Positions 51,011-64,000 of a stretch of DNA of 64,000 bases are shown here, one piece after another. Under the pieces are notes generated by a model, which searched no databases, was not told where the DNA came from, and saw only the letters and a program-made list of their open reading frames with translations. The stretch spans positions 163,872,095-163,936,094 of the forward strand of contig NC_068982.1 of NCBI RefSeq assembly GCF_001194135.2, given 5' to 3'. Source of the stretch: Octopus bimaculoides (taxonomy: Eukaryota). The position numbers and the translations under genes were made by a program. Within the stretch, counting starts at the first letter, position 1. Each line of letters opens with the position of its first letter.

Positions 51011-52425
51011 GCATACATATATATATGTAAGCACACGTGTGTGCGTGCGTGAAATAGTTTAAACTTTTTTTCCTTTAACGATTTTTCTTTCTTTCACTGT
51101 TATTGACCCTTGCACTTCGCACCGAGAAAGCTAAACAAAAATAAGACGTAAAAATAAATTGCTTAAAAGAAAGAATCAAACAATTACCAGAATTATTATC
51201 TTTTCTTTTCTTTCATTGAAATTCTACATAGAAAATGTATGACAAAATAAAAGAAAAGCATAACGTCAACTCCAGCATGAAAAAATAAATAAATATCTTC
51301 CCCCACCACACCACTAAAATGCTAACGAAACGAAAAATACTGATGATACGGAACAAAAGACATATTTCAATACAGGGAAAAAATGGCGGAACTATAGAAA
51401 AATGGGAAGATTGATTTCACGTCAAAAGAAGATGTTGGAAATAAGTGTTGATCAGGCAACAAGCGGAGGGTTGACAGAGAAATGTCAGATTTGAAGTAAT
51501 TGTTTTATGTGTGCGTATATATGTGTGCATGCGAGTGTGTATGTGTGTGTATGTGTGCGTGTGTGTGTGTGTGTGTTTGTGTTTGTGTGTTTGTGAGTAG
51601 GGGGCGTTGAAGTTATGTTTAAAAAAGAAAATTATTATTCACAGTCATAAGGTTAAGAACAAGCTCCTTGGGATGAAAATAATTTGTTGTAAAGAGCTAT
51701 ATGTATCAATGGGTAGAATGTATGTGTTAGTGTGTTTTGTGTTTTGTGTGTGTGTATATATACATACGCATGTGTGTAATATTCAACGGAAAGTATGTTC
51801 CACCAAACCTGGCTACACACACACGCACACACACATATTCACACATATACACTCGCTCATACACGTACACACGCGCTCTCATATAAGAAAGAAAATCTTA
51901 GTGCATGATGTAGAGATAATGTTCATTAGACATCATTTGTTGATTCTTTCCACTGCTACTCCGAGTTTCTCGCACGTATGCTTTGTCAGACAATTTCAAG
52001 CAAACTTCATTCTAAGATGTATCAAGTTCATCAGTCTCCAAATGTATGCATAAGAGAGAGCTATTTGTTTGTGAGTAGATGAAGGGATCTTTCTTCCTCT
52101 CCCTCTGTCTCTGTGTGTCTGTCTGTCTCTCTATATATACATACATATATGTACTGTATATAAATGTATATATGTATGTATATGTGAGAAATATGTATAC
52201 AAACACACACACACATGTATATATATTTATATATGTGTGTGTATCATGTATATTCATGCTAACAGTAATACGTAGCATACATGCATATATACAAGCATAC
52301 ACATATATGTGTGTATATATATATATATCTGAAAAAAATATGTGACACTTATTTAGTAGCCATGATAAATTCCTCTATTTGCATAATATCGAGGTCTCTT
52401 TCTTTCTTTTGTTGCCATTCCTGTC

Positions 52426-52467
<42 letters not shown>

Positions 52468-52473
52468 TATATA

Positions 52474-53007
52474 CAAGGTTATTCAAAAAGAATGAACCGA
52501 TTTCATTACGCAATATTTTAATGAGGAAAATCAATAGAAAACTCCAGTTAAGTCACAAGTATTTACTCACAATCAACTTTTATTTCCTATCGTACAAGTG
52601 TTCAATGTGGCCACCACCTGCAGCACGGGTGACGTCAAAGCGATAAGAGAATTACTCCCAGACGCGTGTCAGTAGATCACGATCCACTGAGTTGATCGCT
52701 GTTGTTATTCGATGTTAGTGGGTAGCGGTAGAGCATAAACGCGATCTTTTACATATCTGTACAAGAAAAGATCACACATGGTGAGGTGTGGGGATCTAGC
52801 AGGCGAAGCACAAAGAGCATCTGGGAGAAATTCTCTTATCGCATTGATGCTACCGTTGCTGCAGGCGGTGGCCACATTGAATACTTGTAAGACAGAAAAT
52901 AAAAGTTGATTGTGAGTAAATACTTGTGACTTAGCTGGAGTTTTCTATTGCTTTCCCTTATTGAAATATTGCGGAAAGAAATCGGTTTTTTTTTTTAAAT
53001 GACCTTG
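52474..53007. mobile_element. TA-flanked MITE derived from a Tc1/mariner-superfamily transposon, with arms of about 190 bp
   Basis: TA|caaggttattcaaaaag ... aaatgaccttg|TA. Minus strand encodes PARSPHLTMCDLFL..YVKDRVY...RITTAINSVDRDLLTRVWE*FSYRFDVTRAAGGGHIEHL. Confidence 0.8.
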
Positions 53008-53022
53008 TATATATGTTTATAT

Positions 53023-53095
53023 GGTCGATTTGCTCGACTAAAAGGCGGTGCTCCAGCATGGACACAGTCAAAAGACTGAAACAAGTAAAAGAGTA
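53023..53095 (+). mobile_element. SINE family B, extreme 3' end
   Basis: ggtcgatttgctcgactaaaaggcggtgctccagcatgg...gaaacaagtaaaagagt. Confidence 0.7.
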
Positions 53096-54111
53096 TATAT
53101 ATATATATATATATATNNNNNNNNNNNNNNNNNNNNNNNNNNNNNNNNNNNNNNNNNNNNNNNNNNNNNNNNNNNNNNNNNNNNNNNNNNNNNNNNNNNN
53201 NNNNNNNNNNNNNNNNNNNNNNNNNNNNNNNNNNNNNNNNNNNNNNNNNNNNNNNNNNNNNNNNNNNNNNNNNNNNNNNNNNNNNNNNNNNATATAATTA
53301 TATTAAGAGACCAGCATGTTTGATATTATTAATTTAACGTATAAATTGCCTATAAATGTTTATAGCATGCTGGCTACCTGATAAAAATCATTAACGTGAT
53401 TTTTATCCTTATATCCTATATATATATATAAATAAATTTCAAATATCATTGCAATACAATGGTATCACTTTCCAGCCAAATAAAGCAGCACCATAAAGGT
53501 AGAATTATGAATTAGAAATAGTGGTACAAAAATGCACCAATGTTTGCTGGAAGTAGCAGTCGATAACGATACGACGCTATGTAAAGTTTCACTGAAATGT
53601 ATACTGGCAAAGATGTATGCGGGTAGCGAACTTAAAATAAATTTTCGTCTTACCTCTAGGAAGAACATCGGAAAAATGGACCACCTAAAATGGATAAACT
53701 AGGAACCGAGTTTCGGACGTTCCAAAATATGTTTATTGTCGTAAGTTTGATTAGTCCTCATCAGCTAGATTCACCTGAGACGAAATTTTCAAATATCGCT
53801 ACATCTTGCCAGTATATTCGGCTGAACGCCAGGTCGTTAACAGAGATCTGTGAAAAGGTTTTCTATAAAAATATTAAGTATCATTGAAATACAATAGTAT
53901 CACTTTCCAGTCAAATAAAGCTCCGTAAAGGAAAAATTATCAATAAGTAGTGGTATACATTTCAGCGAAGCTTTACATAGCGTCGTATCGTTATCGACTG
54001 CTATTTCCAGTAAACATTGGTGCCTTGTTGTACCACTAAGAAATAGTGGTAAGACGGCTTTAAGGACTTTTTTTTAGCATATAAAGGATCCATATAGTGA
54101 TCTCTCATATT

Positions 54112-54172
<61 letters not shown>

Positions 54173-56783
54173 TGTATATATATATATATATACATATACA
54201 TACATACATGCATACATACATACATATATATATATATACATATGCCTACGTACATACATATCTACAGTCACGTTGAGTTTAGGACTTCATCAGGATTTTA
54301 ACTAGAACTTGAATTGACATAAGTAAATACAATAAAGTATTGTATTTATTCATCTTTGCGAGATCGATGAGATAAAGAACAAATATCGGAGTCAATACAA
54401 TCTAGAAAACATCTGGTTTTGTGCCTATGTAAGAAATCATTGTATGCTTATTTCACTAAACATTTGTGTTGTTTGTGTATATAGTTGATTGTAGGTGAAA
54501 GGGTAAAAGAAACACGACTCATGAGTTGCTACTGTAAGAAGTATCAAAATAGTCAGTTGTCCTCAGACAGAAATGTTGGCCCGAAAGATTGCAACAAAGT
54601 GTGCATAATAAATATCCAAGGTCCAGGTAGTATCGGTAAATCTAGAGTGACTGACTAAGTTTATCATTCAAGATCAGGTTTATACAAGAGACGGGCTCCT
54701 ACAGAGTTTCCGTGAACAGAATATAACGTAAAAGGTTCGGTAGAAGACTATTCCCCATGGCTGTTAGGATATGGTGGAGGGCAATTACCCAAGGCTCTGT
54801 GTAGTGATAAAATATGGAATTAAGTAATGGCGAAAGACGCTTTTTAACTATTGGAAATAGTTGGAAATGCCTGCTTCCAACCGTGTTTTTAAGCTCCCTC
54901 ACTGGCTGTTTAATAATAGCAGCGACTGTTGTTTTCCCCTGTTTAATACTGTGTTTGGATAGCTTTTCTTGAGCAGATGTTATGATACAATGATAAATGA
55001 TAGAGACTTTTCTAGCAACTACATCTGTAGCTCGAAAATGCAAATATAAGATATCAGCTGGGCATGCTGTTTATATATATTTTTTATCTCATTAGATATT
55101 ATTTTCTAAAACAATGAGACATGCAAATTTGTACTACTTCAACGTTTGATCTGTAGTTTACTTACATCTTTATTGTGATGTAGCTGACGTAACGTCAGAT
55201 ATTAACATGTGATTTTAAAATAAAAATAAAAAGAGCGTTGTCGAGAATTCTTATTGTTGTTTAGAACAATCCCGAGGAGCTGAATTGTTATGAAAAGAAT
55301 TCCAGCTGAGATCATCTCAGCTTTTCATATTAGCATACAATTATATTGTCTATTTTCTCCTTGTCGTTTGTTAGAGACGTTGGAGCGATACAAAAGATAT
55401 TTGGCTTATATTTCTCGCAGGTCGAACTACTATACAGAGGTTCTTTTACCGAACCTTTGCAAGGAGTTTGTTGAGGGAGATGTATAAATTTTTATAGAGT
55501 AGGGTGAAGAGTCTGTCTGTCTATTTGTCTCCCATTTCTAAATTGGATATATATATATATATANNNNNNNNNNNNNNNNNNNNNNNNNNNNNNNNNNNNN
55601 NNNNNNNNNNNNNNNNNNNNNNNNNNNNNNNNNNNNNNNNNNNNNNNNNNNNNNNNNNNNNNNNNNNNNNNNNNNNNNNNNNNNNNNNNNNNNNNNNNNN
55701 NNNNNNNNNNNNNNNNNNNNNNNNNNNNNNNNNNNNNNNNNNNNNNNNNNNNNNNNNNNNNNNNNNNNNNNNNNNNNNNNNNNNNNNNNNNNNNNNNNNN
55801 NNNNNNNNNNNNNNNNNNNNNNNNNNNNNNNNNNNNNNNNNNNNNNNNNNNNNNNNNNNNNNNNNNNNNNNNNNNNNNNNNNNNNNNNNNNNNNNNNNNN
55901 NNNNNNNNNNNNNNNNNNNNNNNNNNNNNNNNNNNNNNNNNNNNNNNNNNNAAAAAAAAAAGACTAATCATCGTCTCAGACTGTAGTTGTTAGAGTCTTG
56001 GGTAAAACTGTACTGGTTTTTCGCATTTGGAAGGAGACACTTGAGAGGACACTGGTGCCAAACTTTATTGGCCTTTAAGAAAAACTATTTCCTGGGAACT
56101 GAAGCCGAGATCTGTTCTGAAAACCAACTGAAATTGGCTCGTTTTATACTTGAAATATTTAATTCTTCTTTTCTTAATTGAAACGCTATGTACAGCACCG
56201 CCGTAAATTTATGCTTTTTCTGCTGCTATGGTGTTCATTTTTCTTAAGAGTATTTGTTTGTGCTCTTAGTGTAAAACAAGATCGTGATCTACTGACACTG
56301 CATTCTTTCTTATTAATTAACGCTGATACTTAACGTGATATATTTGTAACAACCTCATTTAATTTTGAAATAAGCATATAAAGAAAATAAGGATTTAACT
56401 GGTAAAATAGCCATCTCTGATAAACAAGGAAAATATGGCACAATCGATATTAAAATTTCAGCTAAAAGCAAATGATTTCCCAAGCAAATGCTTTGATCAA
56501 AAGAACCATATTCTTCGATATGACGTATCAATAACAAAAGTTATTTTTAACTGGAAATCTGGGGGAAAAACATCTATGAGATAAACAACTCTGCCAAATA
56601 TAATAAACTGTTACCAAAGTGATTCTGACATATATCATACTCAACAGAAAATATAAAAATTATTTCTGATTATCTTTTTTTTTGTTATTAGCCTTTTTTT
56701 AATATATATTTTAGCTGTCAATTCCAGAGAATAAGATTCAAAATGAATTGAGAAGAATAAGGAATTCTTTGAATGAGAAATCC

Positions 56784-56851
<68 letters not shown>

Positions 56852-57484
56852 TAACAGTAAGGAAATGATCTTGATGATGAAGAATGATAAAAAGAATATG
56901 TTACTAAGTATAATAATAAATAACAATGATACCATGACAAATAAGTGTAAGAATGGATTTACTTACGTAGGTTAAATTTAGGTTTTGTATTGCCTTGGAC
57001 AAGAGAATTCTTTTGATGTATTTATCGTCTAAGAATCCTGTAATGAAAAAAAAACGTGAATAATGTTTACTACCGAATTTAGAGGAAATACTTTTGACAT
57101 TCACTCATAAAAGAGTCGTTCATAGAAAATTAACCCTATGTCAACATACTGTATGAACATCATTACAAAACATTAGGTAACATTATTAATATTTGTTTAT
57201 TAACTTTCTACAATCACCGTCTAACATGTAGCAATACTGCATAACAGCATCTATGCAATCCTTCTTGAGATTTCATGAAAACTTATTTAAAAGATAAGCG
57301 CTTGGATGATTCATAACGGAAGTAGATGATTCATAACGGAAGTGGCAATCCCATCACAAATCGCACCAGTTTCTTAGGGTTAACAATTTCTATGGTTACT
57401 TTATCTTCTTCGCAGTGAGGATCATATACACGAAAGTAATTGTTGTATACAGTGCACAGGTACACTACAACTATGACAAAAAAA

Positions 57485-57646
57485 AATACCATTAGGTGTA
57501 CTGTTGGCGGATTTTAGGAAGTATGGAAGTTTTGAAGGATGTAGTGTCTCGACAGCTAACGACCGATGTGGGTAGTTTATTTCAAGCTTCAACAATTCTG
57601 AGCGTAAAAAACTGTTTCCGAAAGTCATGGATGCTGTGTTGTTTTG
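57485..57646 (-). mobile_element. CR1/L2-type LINE ORF2 C-terminal fragment
   Basis: KQHSIHDFRKQFFTLRIVEA*NKLPTSVVSCRDTTSFK matches the R..FF..RVV..WN.LP..VV C-terminal pattern. Confidence 0.65.
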
Positions 57647-58275
57647 CCAGACAAATCCTCCTCATCAATCATCATCATCTATCCACTACAACTATTGTAG
57701 TAGATACTGTCATCATTATAATCATCATCGTTTGTTTAACGCCTGTACTTTTCGTGTCGCACACAGGTTGCAGTCTTGTATTTTACCAGTTTTCTTGATT
57801 TTGTGCTATATTTTTACGGGACTATGTATTTATCGTTAGATTTGACCTTGCTATTACTTCACATGTCTTCATCGGTGGCCTTTGTTCTAAAAACGACTCT
57901 TTTCTCTCTCCGTATTCCTTATTTATTCACATGTCATCACCATATTCTCACGTTCATCAATTTTGCGTACATCAACTAATGAAGTCAATGGCCATTCACT
58001 GTCATATCACAAACACTCCACTTTTACAAATGGTTTCTTTCAAGTTTCTACAGTATTTTTTCATTCAATGCTTAAGCCGTATCACACGCATTATGCAGGT
58101 TTTTTTTTATAGTTTTATATTTTATACATAGAGAAACATAATATGGTTAAGAGATAACACTGCCTTAAATACCTCTAACTCCTATTTTATCAGTAACAGT
58201 TGCATGACAACCAGCTCCAGTACAAATTGTGTACATACATATATTCGTACATACATACAAACGTACATACATATG

Positions 58276-58321
<46 letters not shown>

Positions 58322-58322
58322 A

Positions 58323-58390
<68 letters not shown>

Positions 58391-58635
58391 GTCTACCTGT
58401 CTACCTGTCTACCTGTCTGCCTGTCTGTCTGTCGGTCTGTGTGTCTGTCTGTCTGCTTGCCTACCTGTCTGCTTTTCTGTCTGTCCATCTGCTCTCCCAC
58501 TTGCCTGCCTGCCTGTCTACCTGTCTGTCTGTCTGTCTATCTATCTCCATCCATCCATCCATCCATCCATCCATCCATCCATCCATCCATCCATACATAC
58601 ATACATACATACATACATACATACATACATACATG
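58276..58635. repeat. Compound tetranucleotide array (TCTA, TCTG, TCCA, TACA)
   Basis: Directly visible. Confidence 0.95.
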
Positions 58636-59296
58636 CATACAACTTAACAGCTAACCAACTTTCTGATAATTGTAGGGAACAACTTAAGGAGCTCTTACAC
58701 TTCATTTCATAAGTCTTCTTACTATTAATTACTCCTGTAAATCTAGTGATGAGTATTGCTTATTATTATTATCAAATAAAGTGACGTTGTCAGTAAAATT
58801 AATGTGAAGAGAGAGAACGTAAATTAGTAGGTATGACAAATATCACTAGATCTGGCAGTAAACAAAGAATAAAAGAAATTGATGAAATATGATTCTTATA
58901 ATTATATATCAAAGGTTGATGAAGTGACAAAATCAGTATAGTTTTAGACTAAATACTATTCAATACTTAGTCCCATTCTTCTAATTTCTGAGTTCAACTC
59001 GTGCGTGGGTTGATTTAGTCTTTCATCATTCTGGCGTTAATACATTAAGTACTAATCATGTACTGACTTCGATTCATTGTAAAATATAGGTACAGTATAT
59101 TTGATTTTTAAGGAGGCTAACTCTGTTATTGATTCAATGTTTATTTGAGTATGGACTATTTTCTTCATTTTGTATATACATCATCCTGGTTGCCGACACA
59201 ACGCACTGATCGTTTGTCTCCAATCGCTTGTGAGCTACGCTACGAATTGAATTTGGAAACGATATTAGTGGTTACTTTAGAAAAATGCTGTTCTCT

Positions 59297-59370
<74 letters not shown>

Positions 59371-60999
59371 ATCCACGCAGAATTGTCTCAAACTCTTCAC
59401 TGTAACTTTTGTAATTAAATTAAAACAGCGTTGGATGAGACAGTCTGCACTTCATATACACTATTTTTCTTTATATTTCACAAGTAAAAGATAATTATTT
59501 GTAATCCTAAGAAGCTTAACTATAGTTACAGTATGGTTTGGTAGAAAATTAACTGATAATATTTCTGAAAATGTGTGACTAACAAATGCTAAGAATACTG
59601 ATCTGGTTAAAAGATATCATTAGACTCACTAAAGAAAATCCCACACATAAGACATAACAGGATAAAACATGAAAAACATAAAATAACAACTAAAGAGACC
59701 CCTTTTCATTATAATATGTTATACTAATTAATTTTCGAAGACTATTTGCCATAAAAGCCTGTACTATTTACCAAATTTCAGTTATTTCGATTCTCTACAG
59801 TTGAGTTACTTTCTAACTCACTTCACCATCTTAATCCTCATCTTTCCATCTCATAGATTTCTAAAATCTTTGCTGTCAGTTAAGTAGGACAAAAGAAATG
59901 TGGGAAGCACATTTCAGTTCTAATGATTTAATACAGACTTTTAAAGAATTTACGACTATAATTTTTATCTGGCCATTATGACTCGTGGCAATAATACGCA
60001 GAATGTTGTGCATTTACTGTGAGAATTAGTTGCACTATTAAATAGGATTGCACTAAATCTATGCCTGCTTTTATTACCTGCCCTATTATCATTTGGTGCC
60101 AGATACCAATGAAATTTAAATATGTAAATGAAGCAATCAATGAAGCAATTCCATTTAATGAGACCGAAGATTCATTATATTGGCTAAGGATGAAAAAAGA
60201 TAATGATCTGTGGTAAAACCATGTCTCGAAGTATCCTCATATAATTAGAGGATATATGTAAAAATCTGTTAATCGAAATTAATTGCTCTGACAGTTGTGC
60301 AGTTCGTCTTATCTTTGAAGACATTCTGTTTCCATTGTATTCTTTAAAAATCATTTTCCTGTGGTACTTTTCAAGGTTTAATTGATTAGAAATGCACCTG
60401 ATTAGAATTTGATCAGATGATATTCTAGTTATATTTAACATAGAATTCATTGAAATATTTCATTCAGACGTTATATTTAGTTTAGAATGATAGAATTGAG
60501 GTTTCAAACCAATATATTTCTGCATTTCATTTATGGAAACACATCTAATGTTGCAGTATAAAAATTCAATTTAAAATATGAATTTGTATCAAAATTCCTA
60601 CAAAGCAAGACTATATATGTATTCATATATGGAACTTATTCGGTTTGTGTTTTACTGTAACTTATCACTTACACAATTATTGCACCTATCGTTCAACAAG
60701 TAAAAGTAAGTTAACACTTTTCTCACTAGTGAATTCAGTATATTTCTGAGCAGTAATAGGATGACGTATCTTTACATTAAAACACATAAGTATATTCCAT
60801 ATTGAAGTATAGCATCTTGTATTGTGCAGATTTGGTGCATCAGTAATGGTTTGATGCAATACTTTAAGATCACACAGCTGTAACGGTCGCAATTCGTTAG
60901 AGTATTCCTATAATAAAATTCATACTATGAATCCTCGATTGTATTTTTTAACACAATGTAGAGTAAATGAAAATTTAAGGAGAATCCTAACGATAGCAT

Positions 61000-61370
61000 C
61001 ACCACTAACATTAAGGACGAAACACGCTAGCTCCTCACGGATGAAAATGATGTCGTCAAAATATGGTCTGAGTGCTGCAAAGAGCTTTACAATCACAAAT
61101 TCAAACATGACAGCAACATCCTAGAGAATTCCAGCAACAACAATAGAGAATTTGGGGACACTCCAATTCTCAAGGAGGAAGTCGAAGAGGTAGTGCGTAT
61201 GCTCAAAGATGAGTAGTCCCCTCGCTTTCTTCTTTACCGATATCAAGTACCTATTACGCATGATAGAGAACAGAGACCAGTGGCAACGACTGACTACGAA
61301 AGCGTCTAGAGTGGCAGCCCAATGACTGGCTGCATCAGTTAAGGTATCGTGATGTTAATGATGATGACGA
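61000..61370 (+). mobile_element. Internally deleted RTE-clade LINE
   Basis: NIKDE...LLTDENDVVKIWSECCKELYN...PILKEEVEEVVRMLKD..SP, joined to a 3' end with a (GAT)n tail. Confidence 0.7.
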
Positions 61371-61406
61371 CACATATCTCTATATATATATCTATCAATC
61401 AACCAG

Positions 61407-61461
<55 letters not shown>

Positions 61462-62023
61462 GTCAGTCTGTCTGTCAATCTGTCTGTCGGTTTGTCTGTC
61501 TGTTTGTGTGTACGTGTGTGTGTGTGTGTGAATGTGTGTGTGTGTGTGAGTATGCATGTGTGTGTTTGTGTGTGTGATAGTGGCTCGAGCTTGATAAATG
61601 GTTTGCCTCACGATTTTTTATATAATCACTTGGCTCTTAAGAAATACCACCTAAATCATTACACCCACTATCTTGAAAAGAGTGCCACAGTGGATAATGT
61701 TGTACCAGAAGCACAGCACTCGTGCAAAAAAGACTGTATGGTTATGGTTGGAACGTTCTTGATGAAAAGTCTTATGAGTCTGAACTGTCCTACACCGAAA
61801 CAACATCAACGACGACGATGATAACGGCGAAGACGACTACAACAATGACGACGACGTCTCTGTTGTTGTGGTTGTTTAACAACTTCTGGCTGCCTTTAAA
61901 TTTGGAACCACATATTGAAATCCAAGACTGAAGTGCGGTATGGAAAAGGATAGAAACAAGAATGTGAACTAAAAAATACAGATCAGACGATGTTTTTGAT
62001 TAGGAAAAGTGCACCTTTTCCCA

Positions 62024-62062
<39 letters not shown>

Positions 62063-62384
62063 CATATATATATGAATATAAAGAAGTTGGTGGTATATTG
62101 ATTATAGAAGTAATGTTAATGTTTTTGATGGAGAAGGAACAGTACTGGAGCGGGTGTTTGCTTGCCTGACTGTCTGCATCGTGTTTACACACACACACAC
62201 ACACACACACATGTGTTTTTGCGTATATAATACATAATGCCTATATATATNNNNNNNNNNNNNNNNNNNNNNNNNNNNNNNNNNNNNNNNNNNNNNNNNN
62301 NNNNNNNNNNNNNNNNNNNNNNNNNNNNNNNNNNNNNNNNNNNNNNNNNNNNNNNNNNNNNNNNNNNNNNNNNNNNNNNNNNNN

Positions 62385-62415
<31 letters not shown>

Positions 62416-64000
62416 GTGTGTGTATATATTTGCACACAGACAGCACATACAGTATATTGAAGATAAGAGGACAAAGATTCTTTGATCAGTTATCTTCTCT
62501 GCCATAAGCTTTACACAAGGAAAGTAGCTGGAGTAACAAAAACAAAAAAACAACAGCAGTAAAACAACAGCAGTAAAACAACAGCAGTAAAACAACAGCA
62601 CAAACAATAACTCTTAGAAAGACAAAGCGTATGAAGAAGATAATGCGTATTAAAAAAAAAATAACAACCTAAAACAAATTTCATCTTGTGAATAATTACT
62701 TTTAAACATTGACTGGGGGTTTCCATTAACACCAGTCAATGCGATATATCACTTCTTTAGTGAAAAGCCGAGGCACAATATTCCTGATTCAGTTTTATAT
62801 TTAGTGAAAATTATGGAGAAATCTTTCCTTACATGAGCAGACAATTACTTTTATTGGATTAAATTTTTCATTCATCTAATGTTAAGTTATTTATGATTAA
62901 CATTTTAATCTTAACTTAGTTTAATTAAATGAAAAAATTAAATATGTAATTAAATTTAAAAAATAATTCATAAATGTGTTTCCAATAACCTGTGAATATT
63001 TTCAATAGAATTTAAAATATTCTAATATAATTTTGGCATCCTTTCTTTAGAATCAATTATAGATTTTTCTTGTGTTTTAAAAATAAAAATTATATATATA
63101 TATTACTGCCCTATCTCTCAGTAGTTGTGTAATAGAATACACAGACATAGGGTATCAAATGGATAACTTTGTTTAATATGAAAGTCACAAAGTAGTGAAA
63201 TGATAACTAAGAGAGAAACTGAAAAGAATCTGATGTATATTTTCTGACCATCACTCTCCCACTTCCTCACCCAGTAAAAGAAAAATCTCTCAATAATTCA
63301 ATGAAGTAAATGTGCACACATGTTCAATGAAACTTCGATATAATTTTGCTTTAGATGTTGTAATTAAACTTGACAACAGTCCTGGTGTTCAGAAATCAAC
63401 AAATATTGCAATAATTACTTTAAGTCTCTCAACAAGAATAGTTTTAATGAAAATTCAAGTCAGACAATTTAAACAATTTCCTTTCAGTAAAGAGTGTTTG
63501 AATTGAAGGAGGGGAGNNNNNNNNNNGGGGGGGAAGACCGATGTTTCATATTACGGCATCAAAATTGGAAGAGAAACCACACAAACAGAAGCTCACCATA
63601 GATCTTTATCGTAAAAGCTAAGAAGAGACGAGAAAAATTAAATAAAAGTATTCACTAAAGCTATCTAAACTGATACTTGAATTCATTTTTCTCTTTTTCT
63701 TAATTAGAGATCTTTAGATTTCCAAAGAACTGTTTAAATATCAGCTTTGGACATTAAATCTTTACAGAGAAGTAGAAGGAGAAGAAGGAAAACTTGAAGA
63801 AAAATGAGGAATAATTTACGGGCTTAAAACATCATCTTTCTGTTTGGATTTGATTAAAATCTGCTGCAAATAATTTGAATATAATCTAATAACGATTTCT
63901 TTCAAATTGGGTGCTAGTCGGCGGAATCAGTATCTCACATGTAATTATTGCATTAAGCTGAGAGCCGCGAATGGCCGAATCAATGAGGTATCGAACAAAT

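Noticed and set aside
54270-54292. CTGATGA on the minus strand resembling a hammerhead core
   Set aside because: No GAAA or convincing stems follow; too degenerate to call.
58200-58712. 170-aa and similar ORFs of [12 protein letters not shown] repeats (also 46745-47027)
   Set aside because: These are translations of stop-free tetranucleotide microsatellites.

Overview
AT-rich, microsatellite-dense eukaryotic genomic DNA with several N gaps. The SINE families and repeat landscape look like an octopus/cephalopod scaffold, but that is inference from remembered repeat families, not a database result. I could not confidently identify any host protein-coding exon. Most of the window is decayed mobile DNA: two Ty3/gypsy remnants, a Penelope-like RT, a Helitron N-terminus, two hAT transposase pseudogenes, a mariner-type MITE, HERO, RTE and CR1 LINE fragments, and many tRNA-derived SINEs. 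Four observations stand out. (1) A gypsy provirus at 3673-7910 (TGTTG...CAACA termini, CTATT target-site duplication) has a ~1.5-kb element at the same position in both LTRs. Each element encodes only a Tx1-like ORF1 (RRM-like region plus CCHC knuckle, no endonuclease or RT), and the two belong to clearly different subfamilies. This suggests an LTR-targeting, ORF1-only (HAL1-like) retroelement family. (2) Two divergently oriented promoter-like modules about 9 kb apart (23.4 kb minus, 32.4 kb plus) share the layout CCAATCAGC-N11-GCGTG-N10-heat-shock element-N17-TATA with identical spacing. (3) A 494-bp palindrome has a type I hammerhead ribozyme in each arm. (4) A tRNA-headed SINE-like element has a Penelope-type hammerhead in its tail. 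A shift from CpG-poor to CpG-normal DNA near 20 kb suggests a methylated gene body to the left of the minus-strand promoter. Coordinates of decayed elements are approximate.
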